Origin: Chrysomallon squamiferum
Lineage: Eukaryota > Animalia > Mollusca
NCBI GenBank assembly: GCA_012295275.1
Contig: CM022670.1
Span: forward strand, 33,790,001 to 33,854,000
DNA: 64,000 nt
Reading direction: 5' to 3'
Shown here: one piece after another, positions 26,043-47,200 of the stretch
How positions within the stretch are numbered: position 1 is the stretch's first letter
How the letters are laid out: the number at the start of each line of letters is the position of its first letter
Position numbers and translations under genes: made by a program
The notes under the pieces: model-generated
Told to the model about the DNA's origin: nothing
Seen by the model: the letters and a program-made list of their open reading frames with translations, nothing else
Database searches by the model: none

Positions 26043-27611
26043 CTAAATATAATCAGAAATAATGCTCAAAATATTCATTATATATTGTTACAGACTAAAT
26101 ATTTTGATGTTTGGAACAAAGAGCTGTTAAATTTGTATAGAATAAATGTGGTTTTTTACTTCATACAAGATGAAGAAAATATACTAAGGTGTTATAAAAA
26201 CTGAAGCTATGCAAAATAAATAAATAAATAAACTAATTTTAAAAAAGTGTAACATTTAATATTTTAAAAATACTTATATAGGAAAAAGAATTCTGATGAA
26301 CAAATTTGATAATGTTTTTGATGATATATTTGAGAGACCTGACTAATCATTTCAAAGGCACATTGGAGAAGTTAAAAACATATCTGTGCAAGACATAAAA
26401 TCCAACAGGAAACAACAGTGCAGTTCAAATGACTAGTAGCAATACATCAAATCAATAGAGAACATATCTAATGCATTATGTCTTAGATGAGTAAAATTAT
26501 TTTACAATATTCTAATGTACTGGAATTTTTTTATTATTATTATTATTTTTTTTAATTTTTATTGCCCCTTTATTTTATTTTTTCATCCATGGCCTAAAAA
26601 TATTTAAAGAAATGCTACCTAATACAGCAGAATCAGAGACTAAGAAAATTTAGTTTAAAAAAGAGAGCATGTTTCTACTCACAAGGTAATGTTTTATGAT
26701 GACAGACTGATGGATGAGATTTATTTCCACCTGTAAAAACTGAATACATTTAGGTGTCAGTCTCAAGAAAATGGTATTTACTGAATGACTGATTTGAAAC
26801 AAGTGACTAGAATGAAATGGTAATCAACTGTGAATCAAATTGAACATAATTTAAAATTAATTTAATTTATATGACAGTAATTACATTCAAAAAACATTCT
26901 AATATGACTGAAGTTCAACATATAATATCTACACTTTGATCTCAGACAAAAGACAGAAAAATGATTTCAAGAATTATTTTCATACATCAAACATGATATC
27001 AATAATTCAACATGATTTTGTCATCTTAGAAAATGCAGCACCCTTCACACTCTAAAAAATATAACTATACTGATGCACCATATTCAGTTCACAGGTTTCA
27101 CTAGAAAATGGTTTCTAAAAACCTACATCTACATGTTTAAAATTTTACATTTTCAATTTTTTTTACAGACATGGAAATAAGCATATATGTTCTGAACATA
27201 AAATTTTATTTACTTTTTTTTTTTTTTAAATTTTGTTTGTCTATTTAGAACTATAAATATTTTTTTTTTATTTAAAAAAATGAATGTCTTTGACAATAAA
27301 TAAAATAATATAAAGACTTTGTTCCTTATAAATCAGACATCAGCAGAAAGTTTTGAACTTCTAATGAATACAATGAAAATGTGTAACAAAGCTGTATCTA
27401 TTTTAAAAACATACACTTGTCATGGAAGATGATATAGCTTTTTAGTGGTCTTTGAACAGTGGCCTATTTTATATGACAATATATTAATGAGCTCAAAAAC
27501 TTCAGAATAAAGTTCAAATATAAGTCATTACTGACTTGCAGGAAAAAAAAAAAAAAAAATTATTAAAAAATGATCTATAATCAGATGTAACTGTAGGCCA
27601 TATTAAATAAT

Positions 27612-27649
<38 letters not shown>

Positions 27650-29597
27650 TTTGAATGTTACCCGTACAATTTATGCCTATTTAGACTGAGAAAACTGACT
27701 GCAAAAGTCTGAATGTGCGTTAAATGAAAACTGTGGCACAGATTTGGTGCATGTCAATCATTTTTACCTATGTAGTAAAGATTTAAGGAAATAATGGTTT
27801 TGTTAAGAGACTATACTGCTTGGCAATATAATGACCAAATAATTTCTACACAGTTTTTACTATTTTATCCTAACCTACAACAATTTCCATTCATCTGAAT
27901 AAAATTCAATATTAAATATTGCATTTGATTAGTTACAGTAAGAATATAAATAAGTCTTTTTAAAAAATGTCTCATTTAATTGTAATAATCCTTTGTGAAA
28001 TATAATAGCAAAACCAAACAAGAAAAGAAAATGTACATATTCTTAAAAAAAAAAAAACAGCTTGGAGAAAAATTAAGATTTTTGACGAAGTATCAGAGAT
28101 GCCATATGACTTTTAAATGATGACAAAAAAATTAATAAAATCTAACACCTACCATAATTTATTTCATTAATTATGAATATTAATCATAATAATTACATGA
28201 AAAAGATAACAGAGAAAACAAGGTTAAAAACAACTTCTGACCAAGAAATATTCCATTTACAGTTCTATTAATTTAATCAGTTTTGTCCGACACTTGCTTT
28301 AATACTGTACAACAAGCACCATTAACAACACATTTATAACATGTTTATTATGTTGAAAAACACATAATGTCCAAAGCCAATTTGATTTTGGATTTTACTC
28401 TCATTAATGATTGTACTAAAGTGGACTATGAAAAATATATTGGTATCTGATGCAGTATATTGGGGTTTTTTTAAGAAATACTTTTATGTGAAAGATATTT
28501 TGGTAACATTCAAAGTTTGTTATCATTTTGTAAATAAGATAAATTGCTAGTAAGATTTGTCATTTAATAAAATCTATGTTTGGCACCAGTTATGATATTA
28601 ATTTTACCTATAGATACTGGCACAAGCCCAATACATTTTACGTATTTCAAAGTGAAATACATTACTAATGGTTGCCAACATTTTTAGTAAACCGGAGAAT
28701 GAATAATGTCACTTTGTAATAAACAGCTATAAACAAAATAATCATAATCAATCTGTAAGACTTTATAAGATGATGAAATGCCATGTTTGTGTTTTTTAGA
28801 TTTATTATTTTGTTGTCAGTTTGCATTACAAGTATAGGTTTTAGAAACATAGATAGACTACATTTCTGAACTAGTAGACTGCTCTGAACTTTTTCTCTAT
28901 CAGTTTTTAATTTTTACATAAAGTGGCTTCATTTTTAATTTTAGAAAGTCAAATGATCTATTGTAAACACCAGGAAATGTAAACTGAGACTTAATGGAAT
29001 CCGATTCCAGAGATGATAAAGTTTTAAAAAAAAGAAATGTCTAACTTTGTCATGGCCGAGATCAAAAACTTATGTGATCAATACACTATTAGCGTAAGAA
29101 ATGTCTAATGACTTCTGGTAAAAAAAGAGTATATATAAAAAGCTTCTTTTTTTCTTTAACATAACATTTAGACAAAAAACAAAAACATTCTGACGATATA
29201 TACTTATGAAGATTTTTACTGTTGCAGATGGTCAACAGATTCATGATAAACAAACAAATGATATTATTGCAAAGAATATGAAAAAAAAATCAATATTTAA
29301 CATTTGTAAACTGTTAAAAATCAAACTATATCATGTGCACTACACTTTATCTGTCTGAATGAAAAATTATATTCCTTGTAAAATAATATATCTTTGTGGA
29401 GTTTCTCTCAGAACATGGTTCAAAATTATTTCAAACAGCTGGTATCCAATCACAATCAACCAAATCCAATTTCTGTTGAGCTTGATCCTAATGACACAAC
29501 TGCAGGTCCATTAAGCCTTTTGTCTTTGAACTGTCGATATTCTGAGCCAGTTTCGCTGCACCAATGAACATATCACAGAATAAAACACAGCATCCAT

Positions 29598-36006
<6,409 letters not shown>

Positions 36007-36224
36007 AATTATTAAAAGGACAAAAAGTTGGTCACTCAAAATATGAAGTCATATGTTGCTTCCATCTTCTCAAGTCTTTGCCGTCGTGGCTATCCAATGC
36101 CGAGGTCAGGTTGTGTTCATTCTCTTCCGGGTCAATCAAATTTCTATATATAGCCAGTGCAACTTTTAATATCTCAGCCGATTTCGGAATCCAAAAACTA
36201 AAAATCGAAATCGGCCGAGATTTA

Positions 36225-36263
<39 letters not shown>

Positions 36264-36301
36264 AACACGTAAATAACCCCCCATGTAAATATTATAAATT
36301 G

Positions 36302-36342
<41 letters not shown>

Positions 36343-36469
36343 CCACTGCGTCGTATTTGTTTACCTTATATTTTTATAAATCATCAACTGATCAAGTTTA
36401 ATGGCTCTGCATAATGATATTTGTTTCATGATATGTTCCAGAGTTGATGACAATATATATTTATATTTA

Positions 36470-36505
<36 letters not shown>

Positions 36506-38772
36506 ATTTTATATTTTATAAAAATGGCGGAATATAAAAATCTATCATAAAATAAACATTTTATCAGCCAGTAACCTGTTAATAGAATAATTTTGTGGCG
36601 CAATATTTATTCAAAAATGTATATCAAATGGGATAGAAAGAAAACAAACCGTGACAAGTTAAATACAGTTCGACTCTTTTTGAAATGACGCAAAAAGACT
36701 TAGGCGAGTGGTCTGGAGGTTCACCACGGCATAGACATAAACAAGGTTATTCAGTGGATATCTTTTCTCTCGGAACAGATTTATAGTTTATATATATATA
36801 TATTTTTTTTAAATAAAATCTTTGTATTAAACCCCTCCCCCTGCCAAAAAAATAAAAAAAAAAATCGTCAATGTAGTTACGGCCATGAAATACATTAGTT
36901 TCACATAAGGGACAACAGACCTACTAATAAAAATAGATAAATAAATAAATATTGCAATGTAGTTTTAATAGAATTTTCTTATTTATTTGTTTGGTTTAAC
37001 TGATTTTAAAGATTATGATAAAGGTATATCTTGAATAACCAAAGCTTTAACAACCCCCCCCAAAAAAAACACAAAAAAACATTATAATAATAATTAAACA
37101 AACAACAACCCCCACAAAAAAAAAAAAAAAAAAAAAAAAACCCCACTAACAATAAATAATATAATATTATATTTTAAATTTTGCAAGATGTCCTATTGCA
37201 CATTTCCGTCACATAATGACAAGAGATGATTAATGTAAAAGAAATTTCCCCTGGGGAGAAGTCATTCGGATTATCAAAAAACTCTAGGCGAATTTCTTTT
37301 GTTAATGTTATCGCCAGACGCAAACTAGAAAATGACATGATAGTAAAACGTATAAAGAAAGGAACATTATGTAACATTTTAAAATTAAAAATTAAGAATT
37401 TGGCAGCAGATTAATCACGAATTATCTGTTAACTGGTAAAAATTACTCTGTTTATTTATTTATTCAGTAATTTATTATTTAACCAAGATCAGTGTATATA
37501 TTCTCCAATGTTAATGAAATGGTGTAATACAGACTATAACAAAACTTCGGTACAGGATATTTTCTACTAAAAATAAAATACAGAACAACTAATTGATTCT
37601 TTCTTTCATTCCTTGTGATTTTGTTAATTGGATAATAGGTGAGGATAATTTTTTTTTTTTTTTTTTGAATAATTTATTAGTAGAAACCATGAGCTCATTC
37701 TTTTGTAATTGTATACCTAAATGTTTATAACTGCATTTTTATTACTTAAATGATTCTTGGTCTTAAATAATAACAAAGCAAATTATAGTTTTAAGCAGGA
37801 TAAATTTGGTATGATTTTGGAATGTTCAGTATAGTTTACCCTCATGGATCAAGGATAAATATCTGCAGACTATAAACTGTCATTCAAAATCCCCTCTTCT
37901 AAATGAATATGTACATACCTGCCCTTCAATTTTTTTTAAAGTTTAAAGCTTCAAGAAGAAGGAAAGTTTTGAAACTATATTTTATTTCACAGTGAATATT
38001 ATTCATCAAAATAAGATCAAATGCATGTTGAATTTAAACTACTGAGGGAAGTTACTTTTTAGTTGCTATTAGTGTATAGCATCAGTCAAATGTGATTAAC
38101 AAATTATAATTTTAAGACAAGCCTTGAAATGTTTAAAAATGATTTTGAATGAACTCAAAACATAAAATTTGAAGTCCATTTAATCTACAGAAGCATTAAT
38201 CTTAATCAAGGCCCCAGCTTTGTAGTTAAATTATTATTAATAAAATTAACATTAACATGAAAATGCAATAATCGTTGTCCAAATTGTAATTAAATTTATT
38301 TTAAAACTATATCTTACACAATATTCCTATTGCATTATTTTCAATATTACAAATATATTCAAACAAAATATAAATAATAAAAAGTAAACAAAAGTAATAA
38401 AATTTTCAAAAATTCTTTATTGTCCTTAGTGGATTACAGCAGTGACATAGAATGACATAGTCTGCAATGTTCACTGTCATAATGATGAACAATTCAAAAT
38501 ATTATTGTCATTTTCTTTAGATATGCTGTATCCTTTAATTTGTTTAGCTTTATTCTGTTTTTCCACTGAATCAAGCCTGAATTTATACAAAGTTCATCCT
38601 TCGGCCTTGCATTTGATGGTTTACAGAAATGTTTTACTATGCCTTGCCATTATTAACATTGTTATTCTGCTTCACTTTTAATGATTGAAGAAAATGATGG
38701 AGTGAGACATCAGATATTAACTTAATGAATCGGTATGTTCTTCTGTACATTTTTTTTTTTTTTTTTTTTTTA

Positions 38773-40211
38773 TCAGCTTGCACATTCTTTAACCATGTGT
38801 TTGATTACTGACACGGTTTCTTTACTTGTGTCTTTTAAAGCAATAGACAGAATAATTGGTTTATTTTTCTTCATCTCAGCGGTGATGTTTTTTGCCAGAA
38901 CATGAGTAAAAGGCTGAAAAGAAGCAGATATATTTTTAAACTCAAAGAAAAATATACTGTTAAAAATAATTTAAATAGAAACATTTTACTATAGACAGTT
39001 TGGACCAGAACAACTGAAAAAAAAAAAAAAAAATAATAATATTAATAATAATAATCTTTTTTTTTTTCTTTCTTAAAGTCCATTCATTAAAACTTCATTG
39101 CACACTGTCAACAGAAAATTACTTCTCCATTGTATAAAAAAATAAAAAAATTAATGAAAGTTTTTTTGTTTTTGTTTTTTAACTGCTGTTAAACTATTTT
39201 GGAGACCAAAAAGGAAAATTTTACAAATAAATATAGATATTTAAAAATCTAAATGCACATAATACATTCATATTACTGTCTTCATGTTAAAAAGTCTTTG
39301 AAATAATACAGAAACTAACCTCATCTTTTCCTAGCAGAACCTTTGTCGAATACATTGGTGTGGCTTGCTGCATTTCATCAAGTATGGTGTCACAGGTGAT
39401 ATGAACCTAAACAAGAATTATAATTTATTTAATGATAAGCACTACATTATTAAAAGAAGAAATATAAAATATTACTAAAAATACAAAATTAACATGCATA
39501 ATTAAATAAATAAACACACACATTCAGACATATCTATATATATCAACTGGAATGATTTTATCAGTTAAAAATAAGTTCAAATTATCTGCAATGTTGTATT
39601 TTCTTGTTTTGTTTGAGGTTTTTTAAAATAATAATGGTGTTCTTAACAAAAAGGTCTGTGTACTTACCAAAGTTCCAAGTTTCTGGTACTGAGTTACTAT
39701 AATAAAGTCACAGTTTTCAAAATGACTGCATAAAATATCTGTTTCATTTGATTTGATTATCTTTGCCATCTAAAACATATAATGAAAAAAATAATTTTAA
39801 AAGGAGATAAAACATTAAAAGTACAATATCTTCAAAAATAGAAATGAAATGAAACACTTCTAGCCTCGTTTTAAAAATACAGTATTTTAAAAAAATATAA
39901 AAAAATAAGATGATATTGAATTATTTAATATACTAACTATTACAGTATTGCTGTACTGTCTTATTTAATCTTTAAACTTACAGGAATTACTATGACGAAG
40001 TCGTAAACAAACACTTGTTTCGACGAATAATAAATAATAATATTTTGAAATTAATTTAAACCACCTTCCCGAATGAACATAATGGATCGAATATTAAAAT
40101 AGTTTATTAACTGATTAAAACGGCCTTTTACTATAATACATATTATTATTACGCTTATAGTTATACCTGTTTTGTCGAAATCCCTTCCATTTTGACAATG
40201 GAGGCTGCCAT
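38773..40211 (-). CDS. PSMG3: Proteasome assembly chaperone 3 (PAC3), 4 coding exons, ~124 aa
   Basis: Exons (minus) 40211-40167, 39769-39668, 39406-39320, 38913-38773 (375 nt). Translation ..TDILCSHFENCDFIIVTQYQKLGTLVHI..YSTKVLLGKDEPFTHVLAKNI..IILSIALKDTS matches the PAC3 signature (VTQxxKxGTL, TKVLLGxDEP). Confidence 0.92.
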
Positions 40212-40661
40212 ATTTAATATTCTGTTGGTTAATACATCTGTTGAACAGGTCACCACACGCATAGACTGAGTCGTATGATTTTAATTATATTTATTTTTAG
40301 AAACTCATTACTTTAAAAAAAAAAATAAATTTAAAATAAAATGAAATCAATTAAGAAATATGTCTTAATAAATAATAATGTTTATATATTATTACTATGT
40401 AGACAAAGATACTTTACTCTCAACGCCATCAAAGACAAAGTCTGACGGTGAATCAAATACCCTGTACTAAATTTTAGGAGTATAAATAGCATATCTAAAA
40501 TATGACTTGGTTCCAAAATGAATTAAAACTGTAAGCAATGATTTAAAATAAATCGTACTCTAAGATATAAATATATGTTTATTTTAAAATATGAGAGCTA
40601 AATTGCCAGTCGTGAGCTGGTTCTTTATTTCAAGTCGGAATTTAATAAAGAAAAAACAAAA
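40212..40661. promoter_or_regulatory. Probable bidirectional promoter, PSMG3/TMEM14C
   Basis: Divergent start codons 450 bp apart and locally retained CpGs. A YY1-like AATATGGC overlaps the PSMG3 ATG. Confidence 0.7.
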
Positions 40662-42329
40662 ATGACAGTGGATTTTATTAGCTTCGCTTATGCTGCAACT
40701 GTTGCAGTTGGTGGCATCATTGGCTACGTCAGAGCAGGTGAAATAAAAAAAAAATAAAAAAATAAAAATATGTGGCAGTTTTGTTTTGTATATTATCTTC
40801 AGTTTTGTTTTAGTATTCACAATTAATCAACACCAAACTCCTACGTTGTATCTACTTGTAATGAATGTATTTCCTCCTTTTAATCTTTGAACCCACGCTA
40901 CTTTAAATTTTTTTAATTTTATTTGAATAACTATTTTAATATTAATTTGAATTAAGTAAAATGAATAAGAATTAATTATCATTGAAATAAAATATTAAAA
41001 CTAAAAGACTAATGATTTCAATATATTAAGTATTGGTAAAATTTAATGACAGCAATTACAATAATAAGTATTAATAGTAAATAAAATGGTATGATTTAAG
41101 AAATCAGCTAGCAAACTTTTCTTTTAATAGTTTATTTAATCTAAACTAAAGGCTAATAAACGTTAGTGATATTTATTTATTATTTTTATATTTTATTAAA
41201 TTTATTCATTTTGGACTCACTTTTTATTTATTATGATAAATTTTATTTTATCAGGAAGTGTTCCTTCATTAGCTATGGGCTTAGCTAGTGGAATTTTGAT
41301 GGGATTTGGTGCTTACCAAACCAGCAGTGATCCCAAAAATGTTGCTATTTCATTAGGTATGTTATTTATTATTTATTACACATTTGTTGTTATTGGTTTT
41401 TTTTTTGTATGTTGTTGCTTTTTCAAAAAAGGCTAAATAAATAATGCTTTTTAAAATAAGTATATACCTATATATTTTCAGAGGAATAGTGTTTATGAAA
41501 GTACATTGAATTTCATATTTTCAGCATATTTTACGTTCTGCAGTGGCTTATGTACTTAACTATATTAGCTTAGGCAACAGATTGTTTGTGTAGGTGTAAA
41601 TTGTTAGTATGAGAAAATTAACACTGTTCATATTATAACCAGCTAATATTTTAGGTTAAATAAATTTTGGTATTATGCAGAATGTATGTACAATAAGTAA
41701 TCTTTATTTATTCTTTAGTATATTTATTATTTTCATATTATATTCTTACTTTTCATTTGCCTTTCAGCTGTGACTGGAATACTGACTATTGTTATGGGAT
41801 CAAGATTCTACAACTCTGGAAAGTTTATGCCTGCAGGCCTAATTGCAACCTTAAGGTATTGCTTTAAAATTAATTTGTCATAAATTAAATAATGAGATCA
41901 CCACTGTTGTAACAAAGCAGCAGTAAATCATGTCAGTAAATTATGTTAATTGTGACCTATGAAGTTAATGTTTGTATTTCTGATGATTCTTAAACAAATT
42001 GCACCACAACACAATTTTTGATATTGTGAAAGCTTCAGATTCTGTTGTAATGATAATGATATAAATAATACTATTTCAGAATTGTGTACTGATCTCTGAA
42101 ATGTCTAGAATAATTTACAATGAAAAACTGAATGTATAAATTGTTTACAAAGTTTGTTTTAGGGTACTTAATTTTCACAAGTATTTAATTTTCACAATTT
42201 TCAATAAATCTGATTTCTCTGAAATTATTAAATATGTAGGTAACAAGAATTATTTATTTATAATTGTTTGACATTTTTTCTTTCAGTCTGTTAATGCTGT
42301 TAAGATGTGGATACAGACTTATGCTGTGA
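40662..42329 (+). CDS. TMEM14C: Transmembrane protein 14 (TMEM14C-like), 4 coding exons, ~102 aa
   Basis: Exons 40662-40737, 41255-41356, 41768-41855, 42287-42329 (309 nt). Translation [74 protein letters not shown] is typical TMEM14. Confidence 0.93.
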
Positions 42330-42564
42330 ATTATTCAGAAATAGGACCAGTTACAACATATTTCTAACTTGGACTTTTGGATGAATGTCTATTTGAAAAA
42401 CAAATCAAATCATTTTGTTCATGACTAAATTGAATAATTAACACTTTTTAAACCTCAGTTTGCTGTGAATCTTATGTTGTACATGATTTTTTTGTAATAG
42501 GACTCATACAATGTGTTTTAAATATTTGTTGCCCATTCTGGCCACTGCAATAATAAGCTAGGCT

Positions 42565-42738
42565 TTATTTTATGCATTTATCTGTTATAATGTGGTAAAC
42601 GCTTTATGCATATATAATCTATTTGGTAATAATGTATTATATAATTTAGTAAATATTTTTTATGCACACATATATTTGTTAATACATGTTTTATAATTTG
42701 GTAAACCTTTTATGCATCTGGTCATTTGGCAATACTAT
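42565..42738. repeat. ~55-bp degenerate triplication downstream of the TMEM14C stop
   Basis: tttatgca...atttggtaata...tataatttggtaaa recurs about three times. Confidence 0.55.
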
Positions 42739-43494
42739 GATTTACTAAGTTCCATCCATGTGATTTAAAATTTAAAATTATTTTTAGTATATATATATAT
42801 ATACGTGTATAAATATGTAGAACAGCATATACTTAGGTCTTATTAATTTGTATGTAGAATACTATTCATTTTGTTCCTTTTGCCGTCCTTGCTACATAGT
42901 TCATACAAGGTTGTTGAGATTACTTTCATCAGAACACAGGGATGTACAATTATACTGGATGGATTTTCCAGATAAGGGTATTGATATGTAACATTTAAAA
43001 GGTAGTTTCTATTAAAAATAATACTCATGTTTATGCAAAGGAAGTACACTTGGATATAGATACATATTGATATATTTATATATTGGTTTTCCCCAGATAT
43101 ATGTAAATTTAATAAAAAAAACAAATACCAAAAAAATTTGTTAAGATAAGATAATAAGACAAAGCCTTATATTTATCTAAAATCTCTGGAGAATTAAGAC
43201 TTTATTTCCTTTATGGATATCATTATTTTACAAATGCAACATGCTTAGTAGACGCATTTACAAAATTCAATAAACAAAGATATCATTTTTTTTTTCTATG
43301 ATTCAACAAATTGTTGTTACAGCTATGGAATAAATTTTGAATCCTGATGGTAATAATAAAAATTAAATGAATACCTTAAATTCTTTATAATTATGTACAA
43401 TTTAACAAGTTTGTTTTCAGTGGAATAATGTAACAGGTGCTTGTCATTTATATTTTCAATTTTGTTTTGTTTTCTTAACCATAATTTTATTTTT

Positions 43495-43653
43495 ATATAT
43501 ATATATATATACATATACATGTATATGTATATATATTCATATATATGTATGTATATGCATGTATATATATATATATGTATATGTATGTATTTATATATGT
43601 ATATGTATGTATATATATGTATATTTGTGTATTTATACATGTATATATGTATG
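43495..43653. repeat. (TA/TATG)n compound microsatellite
   Basis: Mixed ATAT/ATGT low-complexity tract that explains several spurious Y/I/M-rich ORFs. Confidence 0.9.
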
Positions 43654-46279
43654 AAACAAAATTAATGCTTTTGTACACAATAACATTTAAACAAAAAATT
43701 AATGTGTTTTATGGTAATGGTAATGGCAAAAATTTAACATGCTGATCAGTGAGCTTTTGTGAAGCAGATCTACGACAGGCAGCTTTCTGTCAGGTCAGCG
43801 GGTGTGTCTGTCACTGTGTTTTATCAGCTACTGCTATTTAAATACCAACAGTTTACAGTATTTGAAATACTTACCTGAAATGAATGAAATCAAACAGAAC
43901 CTGAATTTATAAAACCAACCCAAACAACATGTATTAATTTAAATAAACAGTCAAAACTTTTGATAATTAAATGAAATGTTTTGAAATATTATTTATATAA
44001 CAGTAAGACTTTATACTTAATTACAATGTGCATCTGTTGTAAATGTTACTAAAGCTTCACCATGAAAATTTTAATTAAACATCCTCAATTCAATATCAGA
44101 TATATCACTTGAGATAAACTCATGTTATTCAAAGTGAATTTGCCAGTAGCTGCAGAAAACGGAAACCATAATTATTCCATTACTCAAACAATTGTAATGA
44201 TAAGCATGCTTGGTTGTTTGTGACAGTACACTCACTCTCTCTCACACACTCATTAGATTTTCAACTTCCATTTGAAATAGTGATGATAAAGTGTTTGTGG
44301 GAAAAAATATTTCTCAGATGATATAAAATTAAAATTTAGTTTTTTAAAGGGACAGAACTGTTAACTTTTTACATCTCTATCACTGATAATTGATAGTTAA
44401 TGTTCTTGTTGATATGATTAACAATAATACTGATTAGTTTGTATTAAAAATGATCACTGATAAATTAACTGTTAAAAGTGTTGAATTATATTCATACTGT
44501 TTTACAAATTTCTTATTTTTAATTTCACATATGATGGTTTTCATGACTAAAATTGACATAAGTTGAAAAATTGCACATTTATTTAAATTCACTGGCCTTT
44601 ATGTTTTTATCTGCATCTGTTTGGTATAAAAACCAAAAAGTCTTTTTCACTATCAATATATTCTGTCACAGAACTATGGATTATTTTGTTTGGAAAATAT
44701 TTCATTTACAACAGAGCTATTGTAATACAGTATTTTTAAAAATGGATATTAACAAATGTTAACACTGATTAATTTAGTCTCGACAATCTAAAAAATTATT
44801 TTTTTTATTTTCATGTAATTTTATTGGGCTGGGAGTCATTTTTAAATATGCATTGAAAATAAAATAAGACAATACAGTTCATTTCAATTTTTTTTTTTTA
44901 ATTATTATTATTCATCTCTATAACAGTAAATAAGGAATTTTTTTTTAATAATAACAGCATTTATAAGTTCATACTTGAGCCAGTAAGCACATCTATCAAT
45001 ATGTAAAATCAATAAACATTAACAAACTGAGGTGCAAGTGGTGCACATACATCTCCTGCATTGTGCAAAGTCTGTCCTTGGGTATGTCTGACGATGTGAA
45101 CTATATGAAGTCTTTGCAGTTGTGGTGGATCCCATGGCATAATGCGCAGTAGAAATGTTAATTTTTCTGCAGATCCATTCTAACAGACACTAACTTCATG
45201 ATCTCTCTTACCAATTACTTCCCAGAATGTTCTAGTAACCCTGGCACTTTTGGCTGTCAATTTGCACTCCCAACATACATTTCTGCAAACTGGCCTGAAA
45301 CCTATGGCTTTAAATGTACATTTGGACAAACAGCCTGAACACATTTGGAACTTTCAAGTAACTGTTTTAAGCGACTTTGCTAGTAATAAAGTACAATAAT
45401 AAAGTTAAAAATGGATCCTGACTTCAGACATTTTTACATAAAATACCTGTTGGAGGATACACTAATACTGATTTATTACATGTTGGGTAGATTTTAACAT
45501 TTCTGTTAACTAATTTATAAAGTGAACATATCAGCCTTTGTTATTTTATTGTTATACTTTATTGTTAGAAAAACAACAACAAACAAACAAGCCATCAAAA
45601 AATTGAATGTTAAAATGCATACATCCCATTAAAGGTACACCTTTCTGTCTTACCTGCTAACTCAAAAATGAACAGTAATAATAACATATAACAACAACAA
45701 CAACAGTAACATAAAAATAAATAAAATAAAATAATGCTGTAACAAATGACATGAAATAGATTGTACTGGACAATGTTACTTTCTATGACAGTTCTGTTGA
45801 TTTATTATGACCACATTTTAATATAAAGCAGATTATAAATCTATTAAAAAAAGAAAAAAGAAAGAAGATTGTATTCTGTATTTAAAGTACAGGTTTTATT
45901 TCATGGTACAACTCAAATTTGTAATTTTCAAACTGCCATCAATTTTTATAAAATAAATCTTTAAAACCTATAAAAACATACATAAGTAAACATGTTTGTT
46001 TAAAATATATATATATATATATATTTCTTAATAATAAATGTTCTGGTTTAAAAAAATATAGACTTATTGTTCAGTGTCACCAATTTTAAACAAAATAAAA
46101 CTTAAATTATTTGCTTCTTATGTCCAAAGATAATTTAAAACAAAGAATAAAATGTAACAGAAAACTCAACAACTGTACAAAATTAAAGTGTTCTTTAAGA
46201 AAACAAAAAACCAACCAAACAACAAGCAATCACAGCCATTGCTTTCTCTCCATCACACACAAAACTGCCATTAATACCT

Positions 46280-46990
46280 GAAATAAAAAGCAACAATGAG
46301 GTTTGACAGCTTCTGCAAGTTCATTAACACAATTGTTTAAAAATAAATGAAAAATAAAAAATAGGTATCTTCCACAAGTTAACTGTCACAGATATTTAAA
46401 AACAATGTTAAATAAAAATAGGGTTTGACAGCATCTTCAAGTTCATTAATAAAATATATAAAAATAAAATAAATATAGTATGTGATACTTTCCACAAGTT
46501 ATTTGTCACAATTATTTAAAAATAAATGTAAAATTCAAAATAGGGATGTGATACTTTCCACAAGTTAACTGTCACAATTAATTAAAAATAAATATAAATA
46601 TATGGTGACAGCTTCTGCAAGTTAATTAGCATAATTATTTAAAAATAAATGTAAAATAAATATATGTATGTGATACTTTATACAAATTAATTCACAAAAA
46701 AAAATACATGTAAAATAAAAATAGGGTTTGACAGCTTCTGCAAATTCATTAACACAATTATTTAAAGATAAAAGTAAAATAAAATTGGTATGTGATACTT
46801 CCACAAGTTAATTCACAATTAATTAAATGTAAAATAAAAATAGGGTTTGACAGCTTCTTCAAGTTCATCAATAAAATAGTTAAAAATAAACATTAAACAA
46901 AAATAGGGGTGTGATAGTTTTTTATATTCCTCAACATAAATGTTTTAAAACAAATATAAAATTAAAATATGTACAATTATTTAAAAATAA
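46280..46990. repeat. Degenerate ~60-bp minisatellite with two alternating monomer types
   Basis: Type A has ggtttgacagcttctgcaagttcattaa and type B has tgtgatactttccacaagttaa. Both are followed by caattatttaaaaataaatgtaaaataaaa. About 11 monomers. Confidence 0.85.
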
Positions 46991-47200
46991 GTATAATAAA
47001 AATAGGGGTTTAACAAATTCATTAAAAATATCAGTGAAATAAAAACATTTTTTTTACAGTTTCTACACTGTCACAAATAAATCTAAAATGACAGTTTTTC
47101 AAGTTTTTGCCAGTATTTACAAAATAACATAGCTATTATCCATCAGCCAAGATAAAAAAGAAAACCATGAGACCTGTGTTTGGATAATAAAGAGATGTGG

